Positions 10,673 through 20,250 of a stretch of 64,000 nucleotides of DNA are shown one piece after another. The notes under the pieces were generated by a model that saw only the letters and a program-made list of their open reading frames with translations, did no database searches and was not told the DNA's origin. Numbering within the stretch: position 1 is the first letter of the stretch; each line of letters begins with the position of its first letter. The translations under genes were made by a program, and so were the position numbers. The DNA is from an uncultured Flavobacteriaceae bacterium (GTDB taxonomy: Bacteria > Bacteroidota > Bacteroidia > Flavobacteriales > Flavobacteriaceae), in assembly GCA_905479095.1 (NCBI GenBank), contig CAJQLD010000021.1, forward strand, positions 36,837-100,836, given 5' to 3'.

Positions 10673-12352
10673 CTATTTAATAAAATCAAAATAAGATAAT
10701 AGAATTTGATCATTTTGAGATGAAGGTGTGAAAATTTCAAGAATTTTGGGACGCGCACTAGAGGAGTAAAAAAATTCTAATTCAGTCGCTAAATCAGTGT
10801 CAGAGCTTGCAGATGTATACTCGAAATCGAAAAGTTTTGAAATCGACTCAGCCGTGAGCGAATGATTGGTTTCAAAAAAAGTGCTAAAATTTTCGGAATT
10901 TTTATTTCCTGGTAGAATCCTAAAGATGCCTCCGCCTCTATTGTTTATAATTATAAGTCTGAAATTTGAAGGAATATAATTATTCCAAAGGGCATTACTA
11001 TCGTAAAAAAAGCTCAGATCACCTGTAATGAAAACGGTCGGTTGTTTTGAAACACAAGCTGCTCCAACTGCCGTACTGGTAGAACCATCGATACCACTCG
11101 TGCCGCGATTGCAAAATACGGAGAGGGTCTTATTCAATTCAAACAACTGTAAGTATCGTATCGTGGAGCTATTTCCTGACTGCAGGTTGTAGTTATCAGG
11201 GATCTGTTTCAAAAGACTATCAAATGCTTTAAAATCACTAAATGGAATCGATTTTATATAATCATGATGTCTTAAGAGACGGTGTGTTTTAACGTGGTTC
11301 CAAGTCTCAAAATAAGTGCTTTCATTTTGTGAATTATCAGAACTTGTGAGTTGACTAAAAAATGAATTTACTGTACATTTATGATGTTTCGTTAAGCAAA
11401 AAAACGTGTCATTTGCTTGCACAGGATCTATATGCCAATGAGTTTTTGGAGAATAGGTCCGTAAAAACGTTTTAATCTTTTTTGAAACAACCATTCCTCC
11501 AAACGTGAGTAGTAACTCAGGTTTTAGGGACTCAAAATCAGTTGAATCTAAAGGGGAAATTAATTGGTCGATACTTGCAAAAAAGTTTGAATGGTGCAAG
11601 TTTGAAGTCGTTTCGGTTAGGACAATCACGGAGGGATTCTCTGCAATCAATTTTAAATAAACTTTTTTAACGTTATCAGGCGGATTCACGCCGACTAAGA
11701 TCATTTTTCGATTTGACGACTTCCAAGTTTTCAGATCTGATTTTGAGAGTGAAAAAGAAGCAATTGGGGTTTTAATATTAAGGGGAGCTAGTCGCTCGGT
11801 GAACCCGTCGACCGTTTCGTACAAGGGTTCTGCAAACGGTACATTTATATGGACTGGGCCTTTTTCTGCTTTTGCAAGTTGCAGTGCCTTATGAATGAGT
11901 GAATTATTACTTTTAGGGACCTTTAAAAACCTTGTCTTAGACAGTTCTTTTAGATTTGCTTCGAATAAAACATGAGCGCCAAAAACATGAGGTTGGGTAA
12001 TGGTTTGACCGTCTCCAATATTGATAAGATGGTCTGGACGGTCGGCAGAAATTATAATTAATGGGATTCGACTATAAAACGCTTCTGTGACCGCAGGATA
12101 ATAATTAACCAACGCACTTCCAGAAGTACAAACCAACGCCACAGGCTGTTGTAATTTCTGTGCCATTCCTAAAGCAAAAAAACCAGCACAACGCTCATCA
12201 ACAATACTATAACAATCAAAAAAGTCATGATTGGTAAACCCAATCGTCAACGGCGCATTTCGACTCCCTGGAGAAATTACAATATGTTGGATATTGTGAT
12301 TTTTACAGAGTTGAATAATCGATTGCGCTAAAAGTTGTTTTGGCTGTATCAT
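10673..12352 (-). CDS. menD: SEPHCHC synthase (ThDP-dependent)
   Basis: ISPGSRNAPL, VDERCAGFFALG, CTSGSA, NRGTSGIDGSTSTAVG, GDLSFFYDSN. Confidence 0.96.
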   Translation of the reverse strand: MIQPKQLLAQSIIQLCKNHNIQHIVISPGSRNAPLTIGFTNHDFFDCYSIVDERCAGFFALGMAQKLQQPVALVCTSGSALVNYYPAVTEAFYSRIPLIIISADRPDHLINIGDGQTITQPHVFGAHVLFEANLKELSKTRFLKVPKSNNSLIHKALQLAKAEKGPVHINVPFAEPLYETVDGFTERLAPLNIKTPIASFSLSKSDLKTWKSSNRKMILVGVNPPDNVKKVYLKLIAENPSVIVLTETTSNLHHSNFFASIDQLISPLDSTDFESLKPELLLTFGGMVVSKKIKTFLRTYSPKTHWHIDPVQANDTFFCLTKHHKCTVNSFFSQLTSSDNSQNESTYFETWNHVKTHRLLRHHDYIKSIPFSDFKAFDSLLKQIPDNYNLQSGNSSTIRYLQLFELNKTLSVFCNRGTSGIDGSTSTAVGAACVSKQPTVFITGDLSFFYDSNALWNNYIPSNFRLIIINNRGGGIFRILPGNKNSENFSTFFETNHSLTAESISKLFDFEYTSASSDTDLATELEFFYSSSARPKILEIFTPSSQNDQILLSYFDFIK

Positions 12353-12359
12353 TAACCCA

Positions 12360-12367
12360 CAAAGTTA
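12360..12367 (-). promoter_or_regulatory. Bacteroidota sigma-70 -7 box (TAACTTTG) for menD
   Basis: Exact TAnnTTTG match just upstream of the start codon. Confidence 0.55.
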
Positions 12368-12420
12368 TTTAAATTTTAGGGTTTAATTAGAAATGAAATA
12401 ATAAATATTTCCTAAAAGGT

Positions 12421-13533
12421 TTAGAGCACCTTTTTAATCGTTTGAATTTTATTTTGAATCTCGATACACTCAGCCTCTGGGTCTGAATCCTCGGTGATAC
12501 CGCCACCGCCATATAAAATTGCTTGAGAATTTTTTAAAGACATACAGCGTAAATTAACCGCTAGATTTGTGAATTTTCGAACTGTTTGATATGCTCTATT
12601 TTCAATGTTTTTTTTAGAGTTCCTAAAAGTGGATGCTGTAGGGACATTTAATTCTCCAAAAAAACCAGCATAAAAAGCACGGTCATAGGATTCATTGGAA
12701 TGGATAAATTTTAAGGCACTCGTTCTTGGTGTACCACAAACAGCTGGAGTTGGATGCATAGCCCGTAATAACTGTTTTAAACTATGATCTGTCGATTTTA
12801 ACCACCCAGAGATATGCGTTTGAAGATGTAGTAATTCGCCCGCTCTAAACGTATATGGACCAGATGTTTTTATAGGATCTAAATAATCAGACAAAATCTC
12901 CAATAAATAATCCGTAACAAAGGCATGTTCTTTTACGTTTTTGGCATCCCATTCGACTTGCTCAGAGGATTGAAATGCTTGGGTTCCTGCAAGTGCCATT
13001 GTGGACACCGACTTTCCTTCGAGCTTCAACAAACTTTCGGGAGAGGCTCCAAGCCAAAATCCTGTTTGAGGGTGAAACCAACAATAGGTAAATGCGGACG
13101 GATAACTTTGTGATAGTTTTTTAAAAATTTCGATAGGGTTTGAAACTTCCATTGAAAATTTAAATTCTTTTGAAAGTACCACCTTTTCTAAATCCGATGA
13201 TTTTATTTCTGCAATCGCCTTAGAGACTCGATTAAAATGATTTTTAGTCGACTCAACCTCATCAAAAAGATTCGTGTTAATTAAGTCCTCAAAGACTGGA
13301 GGGTTTAATTCTAAGATTTTAGATCGCTCAAATGGTATATAATAACTGTCTTTTGTGTGATCAAAAGGAGCAAACACAAATCCACTTTCAGAAAAATCAT
13401 TTATAAGATGTGTTTCCAAATCACTTTGGATGTATGCTTTTATGGATTGTTGATCTGGTTTAGAAAAAAGAACAAACGGATGTTTTGATACTAAGGCGGA
13501 TTCGATTTGATCGAAAAAATCGGTCGAAGTCAT
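12421..13533 (-). CDS. menF: Isochorismate synthase
   Basis: KVVLSK, WLGASPE, TMALAGT, EHAFV, HPTPAVCG, NLRCM, GGGITEDS chorismate-binding motifs. Confidence 0.88.
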   Translation of the reverse strand: MTSTDFFDQIESALVSKHPFVLFSKPDQQSIKAYIQSDLETHLINDFSESGFVFAPFDHTKDSYYIPFERSKILELNPPVFEDLINTNLFDEVESTKNHFNRVSKAIAEIKSSDLEKVVLSKEFKFSMEVSNPIEIFKKLSQSYPSAFTYCWFHPQTGFWLGASPESLLKLEGKSVSTMALAGTQAFQSSEQVEWDAKNVKEHAFVTDYLLEILSDYLDPIKTSGPYTFRAGELLHLQTHISGWLKSTDHSLKQLLRAMHPTPAVCGTPRTSALKFIHSNESYDRAFYAGFFGELNVPTASTFRNSKKNIENRAYQTVRKFTNLAVNLRCMSLKNSQAILYGGGGITEDSDPEAECIEIQNKIQTIKKVL

Positions 13534-13959
13534 CTAGCTGTTTTTAGGCAGTGAAACCGTTGTTAATTTACAAGACGATATTAATTGTTGTTCCCCATCT
13601 GTAACTTCAATATTAAAAATTTGCATGGTTCTTCCTCTGTGAATAAAAGTGGCTTTTGCATATACAAATCCCTCTTTTACACTTTTAATATGTTTGGCAG
13701 AAATATCGATCCCTCTGACAAAAAAGTTGGTAGTATCTAAAAAAATATGAGCGGCAAAACTTCCAACCGTTTCGGCCAGTGCTGCTGTTGCACCGCCATG
13801 TAAAACGCCGTCTGGTTGATACACTCGCTTTGTAACAGGCATTTTAGCAATTACAAAATCCTCCCCTGCATCGACAAATTCAATCTGTAAAGTTTCCATT
13901 AAGGTATCTTTACAAGCTGCGTTTGCAGCTTTCATAATTTGATCTTTAGTTGGACTCAT
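13534..13959 (-). CDS. PaaI/hotdog thioesterase, probable DHNA-CoA thioesterase (MenI-like)
   Basis: YQPDGVLHGGATAALAETVGS hotdog motif; abuts menF. Confidence 0.8.
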   Translation of the reverse strand: MSPTKDQIMKAANAACKDTLMETLQIEFVDAGEDFVIAKMPVTKRVYQPDGVLHGGATAALAETVGSFAAHIFLDTTNFFVRGIDISAKHIKSVKEGFVYAKATFIHRGRTMQIFNIEVTDGEQQLISSCKLTTVSLPKNS

Positions 13960-14032
13960 TGATTCGTTTATTTGATGGTAAAGTTACAAAAAGCAACGAT
14001 GAAGTCAATGACTACATAACGTTAAAAAAGTG

Positions 14033-14066
14033 CAAAAAAAAAGCGCAACCCGAAGGTTGCGCTTTT
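14033..14066 (-). terminator. Intrinsic terminator of the proteorhodopsin gene
   Basis: AAAAGCGCAACC-CGAA-GGTTGCGCTTTT perfect 12-bp stem with a long T-run on the minus strand. Confidence 0.9.
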
Positions 14067-14093
14067 ACAAAATTTAATATCTCCTTGTAATAC

Positions 14094-14819
14094 TTATGCG
14101 GTTTTCTTTACAGCTAAGCTATAAATTACTAAACCGAAACCGATTTTGTTGATTGCATCCGCAATGTTGTATAAGACATCCATGTCTAATCCAAGGTTTG
14201 CAAAAGAAGAATACCACTGTCCATCAGCTGTACCTACTAAGTATCCTAATGGATAAATGATCCATCCAACAAGTACAAACCAACAAAGAATTTTGTGTGC
14301 TGCTAAAACATCTCCACCAGCTTCTTTAGCTAATTTTGCTGCTCCACCTAACCATATTTCGTACACGATAGCAAAGTATGCTACTGCAGAGAAAAAGCCC
14401 CAAAGAGCTGCGCTTCCTGTATAAACAGCTTCTCCTAAGTAACCTGTTACTAACATGATTACTGAAAGAACAATCATTTTAGTTAGTAATGATTTTTTAG
14501 CACCTGCTACTTTTAGTATTAAATAAAATTCAACACACATTAATGGCACCGTAAGAATCCAATCTACATAACGGAAAAACGTTGGAGACTCCATGTTTGA
14601 AGCCCAATAATCTCTCATGTAGAAATAGTGTACTGCTGCAATAAATGTGATTAAACCAGAAACTAGAACGGAAGTTCTCCATTTTTTGTCAAATTGATTT
14701 AATGATAAAAAGAAAAAGGCAGAAGCTGCCATCATTGCCATACATCCTACAAAGAATGTAAACCCTACGTAATCGGTTGGATCCATTTTGGCTACCAGAG
14801 GTAAAAATAAGTTTGTCAT
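14094..14819 (-). CDS. Proteorhodopsin, DTE proton pump, green-absorbing type
   Basis: Seven TM segments; AAVHY (His75 equivalent), RYVDWILTVPLMCVEF (D97/T101/M105/E108 equivalents), DAINKIGFG retinal lysine. Confidence 0.97.
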   Translation of the reverse strand: MTNLFLPLVAKMDPTDYVGFTFFVGCMAMMAASAFFFLSLNQFDKKWRTSVLVSGLITFIAAVHYFYMRDYWASNMESPTFFRYVDWILTVPLMCVEFYLILKVAGAKKSLLTKMIVLSVIMLVTGYLGEAVYTGSAALWGFFSAVAYFAIVYEIWLGGAAKLAKEAGGDVLAAHKILCWFVLVGWIIYPLGYLVGTADGQWYSSFANLGLDMDVLYNIADAINKIGFGLVIYSLAVKKTA

Positions 14820-14841
14820 TTTTTTTAAATTAAGTTAGTTT

Positions 14842-14873
14842 TTGTTTAAACAAATATATAAAAAATTAAACTA
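14842..14873. promoter_or_regulatory. Proteorhodopsin -7 box overlapped by a candidate operator
   Basis: TATATTTG on minus strand at 14851-14858; perfect palindrome TTTGTTTAAACAAA 14841-14854; TTGTTTAA-N16-TTAAACTA inverted repeat 14842-14873. Confidence 0.55.
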
Positions 14874-14889
14874 ATTGTTGCGTATTTCG

Positions 14890-14897
14890 TAAATTTG
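14890..14897 (+). promoter_or_regulatory. Bacteroidota sigma-70 -7 box (TAAATTTG) for blh
   Basis: Exact TAnnTTTG match 31 bp before the ATG. Confidence 0.55.
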
Positions 14898-14928
14898 TAG
14901 CTTCACACCACGTATTTAACACTATTTT

Positions 14929-15825
14929 ATGAAGAATGTTTTTAATTTCTCAATCGTCGCTAGCTTCATTGGACTGTGGATTACTACACATGTTCCAGAG
15001 AGTTTTGAACTTATCTTGGGATTTATTTTAATTTTTACTTTTGGGATGGTTCACGGCTCGAATGATTTATTAATAGTTAACAAACTTTTAATAAATACTA
15101 AACACTATTCAAAACTCACACTATTGACAGCTTACTTGTTTGTGGTGTCATTTGCTATTTTGATTTTTTATTGGGCGCCAGCCTTAGCAATGATTCTGTT
15201 TATGTTATTTAGTGCTTACCATTTTGGAGAGCAACATTGGGAACATCGTTTTTCTAAATTAAACTCCTATCGAAAATCAATCTTCTATTTTTCATACGGA
15301 ATGTTTATTCTGTATTTGTTGTTTGCATTTAACGACACAGGCGTGAAATCGATCGTATTTGAAATTACTAGTTATGAGATTACTCGTTTATACAGTCAAA
15401 TCGTTCTCATTGTTTTGGGAAGTATTATAGGACTTGTTTTGATAACAGAATTTCTTACGAAACGTCTTGCTATAGAGGCGATCCTTAAAGAACTATTTAC
15501 ACTAGTAGTGTTGGCTATGATTTTTTCATCCTCATCCCTTATATGGGGCTTTGCTATTTACTTCATCCTTTGGCATAGTATTCCTTCATTATTAGAACAA
15601 ATTAAATTTATATATGGCGATGTCAAAACAGTATCTGCTTTAAACTATTGTAAAGCAGCACTCCCCTATTGGATTATTTCATTGGTTGGCATGGTGATTT
15701 TATATGCGATTTTTAGTAGTGAAAAACAGTTCTATTCGCTCTTCTTTGCATTCATTGCAGCAGTCACATTTCCGCATGCGATTGTGATGGTGAAAATGTT
15801 TTCCAAAAAAAAAGCACAACCATAA
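14929..15825 (+). CDS. blh: Brp/Blh beta-carotene 15,15'-dioxygenase
   Basis: GMVHGSND, SAYHFGEQH, LWHSIPS, VTFPHA (four His iron ligands); multi-TM; divergent from proteorhodopsin. Confidence 0.95.
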   Translation: MKNVFNFSIVASFIGLWITTHVPESFELILGFILIFTFGMVHGSNDLLIVNKLLINTKHYSKLTLLTAYLFVVSFAILIFYWAPALAMILFMLFSAYHFGEQHWEHRFSKLNSYRKSIFYFSYGMFILYLLFAFNDTGVKSIVFEITSYEITRLYSQIVLIVLGSIIGLVLITEFLTKRLAIEAILKELFTLVVLAMIFSSSSLIWGFAIYFILWHSIPSLLEQIKFIYGDVKTVSALNYCKAALPYWIISLVGMVILYAIFSSEKQFYSLFFAFIAAVTFPHAIVMVKMFSKKKAQP

Positions 15826-15840
15826 ATTGATTGTGCTTTT
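15810..15840. terminator. Bidirectional terminator between blh and dnaK
   Basis: AAAAGCACAA...TTGTGCTTTT inverted repeat with A/T runs on both sides, between convergent genes. Confidence 0.7.
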
Positions 15841-15862
15841 CAGTATTAAACAAAACTAAGGG

Positions 15863-17758
15863 TTATTTCACTTCTTCGAAATCAACATCTTCAACATTGT
15901 CTTCTTGAGACGCTTCTGCATCAGCAGCACCTTCTGGAGCAGCACCTTCAGCACCTTCTTGGGCTTTGTACATTTCCTCACTAGCGACTTTCCATGCTTC
16001 GTTGATTTTCTCTAAAGCAGGATCAATAATCGCGATGTCTTTAGACTCATAGGCCGCTTTTAATTCTTCCAAAGCAGCTTCTATGGGTTGTTTTTTATCA
16101 TCTGATAATTTATCACCAAATTCTTTTAACTGATTCTCAGTTTGAAAAATCATCCCATCTGCAGCATTTAATTTGTCTGCTGTTTCTTTGGCTTTCGCAT
16201 CTGCGTCGGCATTCGCTTCAGCATCTTGTTTCATTTTTTGGATCTCTTCTTCAGTTAACCCAGAAGATGCTTCAATACGAATATCTTGTGTTTTATTCGT
16301 TGCTTTGTCTGTTGCAGAAACTTTGATAATTCCATTGGCATCAATATCAAACGTGACTTCGATTTGAGGCGTTCCACGTTGTGCTGGTGGAAGACCATCT
16401 AAATGAAAACGTCCAATTGTTTTATTATCCGCAGCCATGGCACGCTCGCCTTGAAGGACGTGAATTTCAACCGACGGCTGATTGTCAGCAGCTGTTGAAA
16501 ATACTTGAGATTTTTTGGTTGGAATGGTCGTGTTAGACTCAATCAATTTGGTTAACACATTCCCCATTGTTTCGATTCCTAAAGATAATGGTGTGACATC
16601 TAATAATAAGACATCTTTCACATCTCCAGATAATACACCACCTTGAATTGCAGCACCTACAGCGACAACCTCATCAGGATTAACTCCTTTATTTGGTTTT
16701 TTTCCGAAGAATTTCTCAACCGCTTCTTGAACTGCAGGAATTCGAGTCGAACCTCCTACTAGGATAATTTCATCAATATCACTTGTTGATAAACCAGCTG
16801 CTTTTAAAGCAGTTTGACAAGGCTCAATGGTTCTTTTTACTAAATCGTCTATTAATTGCTCAAACTTTGCTTTTGAAAGTGAACGTACCAAGTGTTTTGG
16901 GCCACTCGCAGTTGCCGTTACATAGGGTAAGTTAATTTCTGTTTGTGCAGAAGATGATAACTCGATTTTAGCTTTTTCAGCGGCTTCTTTCAAACGTTGA
17001 AGCGCCATAGGATCTTTACGTAAGTCTAAATTTTCTTCGGCTTTGAATTCTTCTGCTAACCAGTTGATGATTTTTTCATCAACATCATCACCACCTAAGT
17101 GAGTGTCTCCGTCAGTAGCAAGCACTTCAAAGACGCCATCTCCTAATTCTAATACAGAAACATCATGTGTTCCTCCACCAAAATCAAAAACAACGATTGT
17201 TTGATCTTTTCCTTTTTTGTCCATTCCGTATGCCAATGCAGCCGCTGTCGGCTCGTTGATAATACGTCGTACTTTTAAACCTGCAATTTCACCCGCTTCT
17301 TTCGTAGCTTGACGTTGTGCATCATTAAAATATGCAGGAACTGTAATCACCGCTTCAGTCACTTCTTGATCTAAAAACTCTTCAGCTGTTTTTTTCATTT
17401 TCTGAAGTACCATCGCCGATAATTCTTGTGGCGTATACAAACGACCATCGATATCGACACGAGGTGTGTCATTATCTCCTTTAACCACTTTGTAAGGGAC
17501 ACGACCAACTTCTTGATTCGATTCTGAGAATTTATTTCCCATAAAACGTTTAATCGAATAAACGGTTTTTGTTGGATTAGTGACCGCTTGACGTTTGGCA
17601 GGATCTCCTACTTTGATTTCACCACCTTCAACGAAAGCGATAACAGACGGCGTAGTACGTCGTCCTTCTGCATTAGTAATCACGACTGGCTCATTACCTT
17701 CCATTACTGAAACACAAGAGTTCGTAGTTCCTAAATCGATTCCAATTATTTTACTCAT
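15863..17758 (-). CDS. dnaK: Chaperone DnaK (Hsp70)
   Basis: [40 protein letters not shown]-like, LVGGSTRIP signatures. Confidence 0.99.
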   Translation of the reverse strand: MSKIIGIDLGTTNSCVSVMEGNEPVVITNAEGRRTTPSVIAFVEGGEIKVGDPAKRQAVTNPTKTVYSIKRFMGNKFSESNQEVGRVPYKVVKGDNDTPRVDIDGRLYTPQELSAMVLQKMKKTAEEFLDQEVTEAVITVPAYFNDAQRQATKEAGEIAGLKVRRIINEPTAAALAYGMDKKGKDQTIVVFDFGGGTHDVSVLELGDGVFEVLATDGDTHLGGDDVDEKIINWLAEEFKAEENLDLRKDPMALQRLKEAAEKAKIELSSSAQTEINLPYVTATASGPKHLVRSLSKAKFEQLIDDLVKRTIEPCQTALKAAGLSTSDIDEIILVGGSTRIPAVQEAVEKFFGKKPNKGVNPDEVVAVGAAIQGGVLSGDVKDVLLLDVTPLSLGIETMGNVLTKLIESNTTIPTKKSQVFSTAADNQPSVEIHVLQGERAMAADNKTIGRFHLDGLPPAQRGTPQIEVTFDIDANGIIKVSATDKATNKTQDIRIEASSGLTEEEIQKMKQDAEANADADAKAKETADKLNAADGMIFQTENQLKEFGDKLSDDKKQPIEAALEELKAAYESKDIAIIDPALEKINEAWKVASEEMYKAQEGAEGAAPEGAADAEASQEDNVEDVDFEEVK

Positions 17759-17804
17759 AATATAGTTATTGTTAAAATTGAATTTTTTATTTACAACTCA
17801 ACAT

Positions 17805-17847
17805 AGTCAATCATTATGCCAATACAACACGACTGACACGATGTCAG
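17805..17847 (-). promoter_or_regulatory. Sigma54-like -24/-12 element and CTGACA-N3-TGTCAG inverted repeat upstream of dnaK
   Basis: Minus strand TTGGCATAATGATTGAC with canonical GG-to-G spacing of 12; perfect 6-bp inverted repeat at 17833-17847. Confidence 0.4.
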
Positions 17848-17993
17848 ATTCAGAAAAAATTAAAAAATGTTTATTAAAATCAAACTTTGGTACGTGCTTT
17901 GTATTTAAAGAAGAAAATCAATAATTATATAACTAAAAACATCTTCATATGGATGTGCTATATTACCTTTGAAAACATTTAAACTATTTAAAC

Positions 17994-18506
17994 ATGAAAC
18001 GTATATTCTCTTTTGTTACCCTGATTACTTTAGTATTAACCGCCTGTGAAGGGGCTCCCGGACCTCCTGGGTTTGATGGCCTAGATGGTTTAAATGGTCA
18101 AGATGGAGAAGAAACTATAGCAGATGCTTTTCAATTAAGAGATGTTGATTTTATATCCAGTGATGATTTTCAAGTTACCTATGAAGGTTTTGATTTTATA
18201 GAATCTGACGTGGCTTTGGTATATCTAAAATGGGAACTTGAAGATGGCACAATAACTTGGAGACAGTTGCCTCAAACTATATTTTTTGATAATGATATTC
18301 TCGTCTATAATTTTGACTTTACACAAGACACTGTTACGTTATTTTTAGATGGAACAATTGACTTTAACTCTCTAGATAATTCCTGGACACAAAATCAAGA
18401 ATTCAGAGTTGTAATTGTCCCAGCCAATCAAGTTAGTGGAGTTGACACTTCTGATATCAGCATAGTAATGGCGTTAGGAAATATTGAAACTTTTGAAGTG
18501 AGATAA
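17994..18506 (+). CDS. Lipoprotein with a short collagen-like (GXY) linker
   Basis: Signal peptide and lipobox LTAC, then EGAPGPPGFDGLDGLNGQDG; acidic beta-rich C-terminal domain. Confidence 0.7.
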   Translation: MKRIFSFVTLITLVLTACEGAPGPPGFDGLDGLNGQDGEETIADAFQLRDVDFISSDDFQVTYEGFDFIESDVALVYLKWELEDGTITWRQLPQTIFFDNDILVYNFDFTQDTVTLFLDGTIDFNSLDNSWTQNQEFRVVIVPANQVSGVDTSDISIVMALGNIETFEVR

Positions 18507-18528
18507 AACCAAACTACGACATATATAT

Positions 18529-18559
18529 AGCTCGAAAATTAAATTTTTCGAGCTTTTTT
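18529..18559 (+). terminator. Intrinsic terminator
   Basis: AGCTCGAAAA-ttaaat-TTTTCGAGCT stem followed by a T-run. Confidence 0.85.
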
Positions 18560-18714
18560 GTGCTTTATTTTCTTTTTCTAACTTCTTAATATCCTAAATA
18601 TCTATTTTGAGATTGTTATTTACGTTCCTAAGCTCAAAGTCTTAGTTCTCACATAAAAAGCCAAAATCATATACTAATTTAGTACTTTTACACCCTATCA
18701 TAAATTATACGATC

Positions 18715-19533
18715 ATGTCAGCATCAAAAAAAGAATACAAAAGAGTGACGGTTAAATCGCTCATTGAAATGAAATCATTAGGGGAAAAAATCTCCATGTT
18801 GACGGCTTACGATTATACGATGGCTAAAATCGTAGATGGCGCAGGCATTGACGTCATATTAGTAGGCGATTCTGCCAGTAACGTGATGGCAGGTCATGAA
18901 ACGACGCTTCCTATTACACTGGATCAAATGATTTACCATGCATCCTCTGTGGTGCGCGCCATCGACCGGGCTCTTGTGGTGGTTGATTTACCTTTTGGAA
19001 CCTATCAAAGCGACCCAAAAGAAGCCCTTCGCTCTGCAATTCGCATCATGAAAGAAAGCGGTGGACACGCTGTTAAACTCGAAGGTGGCAAAGAAATTAA
19101 AGATTCAATTAAAAAAATATTAAATGCAGGAATTCCTGTCATGGGGCATTTGGGACTCACCCCACAATCGATCTATAAATTTGGAACTTATACGGTCAGA
19201 GCCAAGGAAGAAGAAGAGGCTTTACAACTAATTGAAGATGCCAAACTCTTGGAACGTTTGGGATGTTTCGCTTTAGTTCTTGAAAAAATCCCTGCGGCCT
19301 TAGCACAGCAAGTTGCTGAGAGTATTAGCATCCCAGTCATTGGCATTGGTGCTGGCGGCGGCGTCGACGGACAAGTTCTGGTGTTACACGATATGCTAGG
19401 AATGACCCAAGAATTTCATCCGAGATTTTTACGACGCTATATGAGTTTACACGAAGAAATGACAACGGCGATCAATCAATACATTGACGATGTAAAATCT
19501 TCTGATTTTCCAAGTGAAAACGAACAGTATTAA
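18715..19533 (+). CDS. panB: 3-methyl-2-oxobutanoate hydroxymethyltransferase
   Basis: [40 protein letters not shown]. Confidence 0.97.
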   Translation: MSASKKEYKRVTVKSLIEMKSLGEKISMLTAYDYTMAKIVDGAGIDVILVGDSASNVMAGHETTLPITLDQMIYHASSVVRAIDRALVVVDLPFGTYQSDPKEALRSAIRIMKESGGHAVKLEGGKEIKDSIKKILNAGIPVMGHLGLTPQSIYKFGTYTVRAKEEEEALQLIEDAKLLERLGCFALVLEKIPAALAQQVAESISIPVIGIGAGGGVDGQVLVLHDMLGMTQEFHPRFLRRYMSLHEEMTTAINQYIDDVKSSDFPSENEQY

Positions 19534-19534
19534 A

Positions 19535-20248
19535 ATGATGGAAAAGATTGTTTCAACTACTGACAACCTTCAAGTTCTCCATGAAGACAATCATTTAATC
19601 ATTATTAATAAACGCTCTGGTGACCTTGTTCAAGGGGATAAAACGGGCGACACCCCTCTTAGTGATATTGTAAAGGGGTATATTAAAAAAAAGTATAACA
19701 AACCTGGTGCAGTGTATCTTGGTGTCACGCATCGATTGGACCGTCCCACAACTGGGATTGTCATATTCGCAAAAACCTCTAAAGCGCTCACCAGAATGAA
19801 TGCGTTGTTTTTAAATAAAAAAATAGCCAAAACCTATTGGGCGATGGTGAAAAATAAGCCTTCAAAATCAAAAGACACACTTATTAATTGGCTTAAAAAA
19901 AATCCGAAAAACAATAAATCAACGGCCTACAAAAAAGAAGTGGATCAAAGTAAAAAAGCGATTTTACATTATGAATTAATTCATAGCTTAGACCGCTACC
20001 ACCTTCTAGAAGTGAATCTTGAAACTGGACGGCATCATCAAATTAGATGTCAGCTATCCACTGTAGGAAGTCCTGTAAAAGGCGATTTAAAGTATGGATT
20101 CGATCGAAGCAATCCAGATGGTAGCATCCATCTTCATGCTCGTAATATTTCATTTATACACCCTGTAAATGACCAGATAATAATAATTTCTGCACCCCCT
20201 CCAAACGAAGTGCTATGGAACGAATGTATGAGGAAAATCGACGTATAA
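19535..20248 (+). CDS. RluA family pseudouridine synthase
   Basis: INKRSG, THRLDRPTTG catalytic Asp motif, ETGRHHQIR, GDLKYG; start moved to ATG 19535. Confidence 0.92.
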   Translation: MMEKIVSTTDNLQVLHEDNHLIIINKRSGDLVQGDKTGDTPLSDIVKGYIKKKYNKPGAVYLGVTHRLDRPTTGIVIFAKTSKALTRMNALFLNKKIAKTYWAMVKNKPSKSKDTLINWLKKNPKNNKSTAYKKEVDQSKKAILHYELIHSLDRYHLLEVNLETGRHHQIRCQLSTVGSPVKGDLKYGFDRSNPDGSIHLHARNISFIHPVNDQIIIISAPPPNEVLWNECMRKIDV

Positions 20249-20250
20249 TT

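Noticed and set aside
15900-15965. GCAGCACCTTC-type short repeats at the dnaK 3' end
   Set aside because: They encode the ordinary low-complexity [11 protein letters not shown] tail of DnaK
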